Shown here in pieces: positions 60,901 through 64,000 of a DNA stretch of 64,000 nucleotides (within the stretch, counting starts at the first letter, position 1; each line of letters opens with the position of its first letter). Below the pieces are notes generated by a model, which saw only the letters and a list, made by a program, of their open reading frames with translations, searched no databases and had not been told where the DNA came from. The position numbers and the translations under genes were made by a program. Origin of the DNA: Tubulanus polymorphus. Its lineage: Eukaryota > Animalia > Nemertea. The stretch lies in the NCBI RefSeq assembly GCF_964204645.1, contig NC_134029.1, forward strand, positions 9,264,850-9,328,849, given 5' to 3'.

Positions 60901-62472
60901 ATTTGTCAGTCAGGCTAGTAAGTCATGTACTGCGTACCCAACAGTAACAACATTACTGGCCATATAGACATATGTATGTACATGTACATGTATCTGAAAC
61001 TTTTTTCATAAAAAAAAAAAACAATTATTGCTCTTTAAATCAACTATATTTGAAGAATTTTTGTTTTTAGATTATGGAAAGAGGCAGCACATGAACACGT
61101 ATGCTCGTCATTTAGAAAAGTGTCAAAAGCACAAATAATAAGGTTGTCATTGTATGGATGGATGATCAATATTTGTTTTAGGAATTTACCTGTTCTTGTA
61201 CCGGGTAGTTTGGATGATCAATGAAATAATATCAATATCCCATCACGCCTCTTCCTTGCTTTCATATGAGGATTGCCCAATTGAAATCATCACATCGCCC
61301 TACATTATTAACAAACTCTGAGGAGTGATAGGGAAGTGGTTAATTTGTAATAAAATTAGATGTCACCATATTTTCATTTTTTCTGTAATGGTCACCAAAG
61401 TTGAAGAAAGGTATTGCAACAACCGGTTATAGGTGACAATTGAATTGTACCTTCTAATTCGACCAAAACTGGATGCACAGGACGCAGAAACCCTAAAATG
61501 ATGTTGACGTTTTCACAGCATTTCGAAGACGTACATATTTAAAGATTTTCAATGTTTTACATTGTGTACCAACTCATTACTGACCTGAAATTTTGCTGAT
61601 AATCGGTCAGACATTAAATATTAAGAGAAGTGATAGTGCATGAATAGTTTACGTATGGTACGTACTTAGAAGAGTGACTAACACGTACTGGAGTAATACA
61701 GTTGTGAGTCCGATTCATCTTAAATTTTTCAATTCATCTAGGAGCCGAGTTTGAACTCATAAAATTGATTTAATTTCTTCACACATTTATTTTAAAAATC
61801 AATAACCCACAACTGTCTAACTCGGTACTGACTGACACATATTCAAACATTACATATTTACATATCACAGGATATACACAAATTCTTCTTAACAGAAAAA
61901 AAAACATCGAAATTTTGATCGCTACTATGAGATATTGAACAACAGATTAGTTTTTGTTTTTTTTTCCATTTTATCCACTATTCACATTGACACAGTGAGA
62001 GGAGTGACTCTTTAAACTCTCAATCCGGACACCGGTTCCTGTATGTTTTCGTAGGGAACCCCTTTCTTTGTGCCGCACAGAAGAATGCATGACGCGATCA
62101 TACCCAAAACCTGTAAAAATATGAAAATTATATTAACAATGTACAAAGTAAACATTGATCAACTTTTTGAAAGAGGGAAGGATGCATTACGAGCATGCAA
62201 TCAGAGTGAAAGTTTCATACACAAGAAAGGAATGCAACAATCTGTGACACCACCATTGTAACACCTTCAGTGGAAGCCTTCCTAAGCAAGGCTCCGCTGT
62301 TGTTAGCCCTGTACAGTAACCATCTCTCACCCACGAACAACATACAGATCCATAAAGCCCAATGAATTTTATTCCAAAAGAATTAAACAAATACAATATC
62401 TGACAGTTAAGTATTCCCATAGTTACATATAGATCGTATGATGTGAGAAAACTATTTACACAATACCAAAGT

Positions 62473-63535
62473 AAACTAGGGGTCTAGGGACACCATGCCC
62501 ACTTGAGAAGTGGTTTCAAATGCTCAACAATCTAACAATTCCAATATTCAACGCCCCCTGGTGACCAACAAAAACCAATGACCTTGAAACTCACCAAAAT
62601 CATAGAACATGTCAGCAGCTACGATTTTGTAATTGATTGTGATAACAAAATATGCCTCGTTACTATTTTAATAAGGAAATGCTAAGTTATTCTACTATTC
62701 AAGCCCCCTGGTGACCATATGCAAAACCCAATGACCTTGAAACTCACCACAATCATAGAAAATGTCATGAACTACAACTTTGCAATTGATCATGGGAACA
62801 AAATATGCCTTGGTACCAATCTAATAAGGAAATACTAAGTTATTCTACTATTCAACGCCCCCTGGTGACCATATAGAATAGCTAATGTCCATAAAACTCA
62901 CTACAATCATAGATGATGTCATGAGCTTCAACTTTGCAATTTATTGCGGTAACAAAATACACATAGGTACAAATATAATATAGAAATACTAAGTTATTGT
63001 ATTATTCAATGCCCCCTGGTGGCCATATACAAAAACCAATTGACCTTGAAACTCACGAAAATCATAGAACACGTTATGAGCTACAACTTTCCAATTGATT
63101 GTGGTAACACAATATGCTTAGGTATCAATATAATGTGGAAAAACTTTTTCCCACCTACGAATCAGTACTGATGACACCAAAATGGCCGCCAATTGTGTCA
63201 TAATTGGCTGATCAAAAATACCTGTCTCAGGTATAAAAGATCCCTTTTCAAAGAATACCCATCACAAATTGCAATGAGAAATGACAAACCAGTAGGAAGC
63301 TACAGAACTCAGAATTCGGGCAAAAATTGACATTTTTGGGCACTAAAAAGGTCATAGAACGGCCATCTTGAGTACGATTGACCCAATATTTCTTAAGCTG
63401 ATGGGCCCTTGGGGGAATCAAATATATACCAAACATCAAGGTTATTGATCTGAGCGTCTTCAAAATTTCCTTCAAAAAGTTCCAAAATGTGTAAAAGCCC
63501 AAAGTGGGCTCTAAAGTCCCAAGTGGGCTAAAAAC
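62473..63535. mobile_element. HINE/Helentron-like non-autonomous element with a central tandem array
   Basis: Starts AAACTAGG; sub-TIR GCCCACTTG (62497) / CAAGTGGGC (63520); terminal hairpin AGCCCAAAGTGGGCT followed by an A-run. Confidence 0.65.
62540..63140. repeat. Tandem repeat, about 152 bp x 4
   Basis: GCCCCCTGGTG.CCA..ATGACCTTGAAACTCAC..AATCATAGA recurs at about 62553, 62703, 62857 and 63011. Confidence 0.9.
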
Positions 63536-63915
63536 CCAATACCGATAACCCCCCAAATAATGGTCCCAAGATGGAACAGTGAAAGTTAGAAACCTAACTC
63601 TACTACTTCTAGTTTGATACAGCAAAATAATATTTTCCATATGCATAAAAATTGGACAGGTATTCATTCATTAAACTGACGTACACTCCGAGTCGGATCC
63701 ATTTACAGGGCTGTTGAACCTGGATGTTCGTTGAAATATTTTTAATACACAATTTATAAAATATCAGCCGCGATCTCACAGAGACAATTTGGCCCGTGCC
63801 AAATTGGCACGGATCAGGCTCAAGGCAAATTTGGCCCATGCCTAAAAAAGAGAGCCCATTCACATGCAAACCATTCACTCGATACTAAACCATGCTCAAA
63901 CAAAGCGAAGTGGGT

Positions 63916-64000
63916 CATCTCCCGGCTTTGACTCGGTTCTCCAGATGTGCCCCCCATCCTTGGTGACTGGCATCCGTGAATACACGAACTGGAGCCTCTA
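63916..64000 (-). mobile_element. Second DIRS copy or fragment (RNase H region), runs off the right edge
   Basis: 63916-64000 matches 43715-43799 with one substitution in 85 nt; it abuts a truncated copy (63765-63915) of the MITE seen at 1443. Confidence 0.9.

Noticed and set aside
59800-62470. Possible 3' UTR of a convergent minus-strand gene (TTTATT signals at about 60122 and 61786)
   Set aside because: No coding exon is visible in the window and such hexamers are common in AT-rich DNA, so it cannot be supported.
62540-63140. Regularly spaced repeats considered as a CRISPR array
   Set aside because: The whole 152-bp unit is repeated, there are no unique spacers or cas genes, and the context is eukaryotic.

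Overview
AT-rich, intron-containing animal genomic DNA, probably a marine invertebrate (inference from gene and transposon content). Two host genes are transcribed divergently: the 5' part of an IQGAP gene (minus strand, about 16 exons, 54-12683, running off the left edge) and a FAM81-family coiled-coil gene (plus strand, 5 coding exons, 54871-57967). The roughly 40 kb between them is a nested transposon field. (i) A 9.6 kb CACTA/EnSpm-type element with intact TIRs and a TA target duplication (14706-24302). Its spliced second gene begins with a CIDE-N-like domain and is interrupted by a Helentron/HINE. (ii) A second CACTA remnant that carries a SAM-like exon instead. (iii) A DIRS1-type tyrosine-recombinase retrotransposon with complete ITR/ICR termini (41359-46576) inserted into a LINE, plus two dispersed DIRS fragments. 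(iv) Remnants of MULE, Tc1/IS630, Ginger-like, Gypsy and SGNH sequences, fold-back elements, a SINE and a Penelope-type hammerhead ribozyme candidate. The most novel-looking signal is the apparent swapping of head-to-tail polymerising modules (CIDE-N versus SAM) on the CACTA accessory protein. All calls were made by eye from the sequence; no database search was run.
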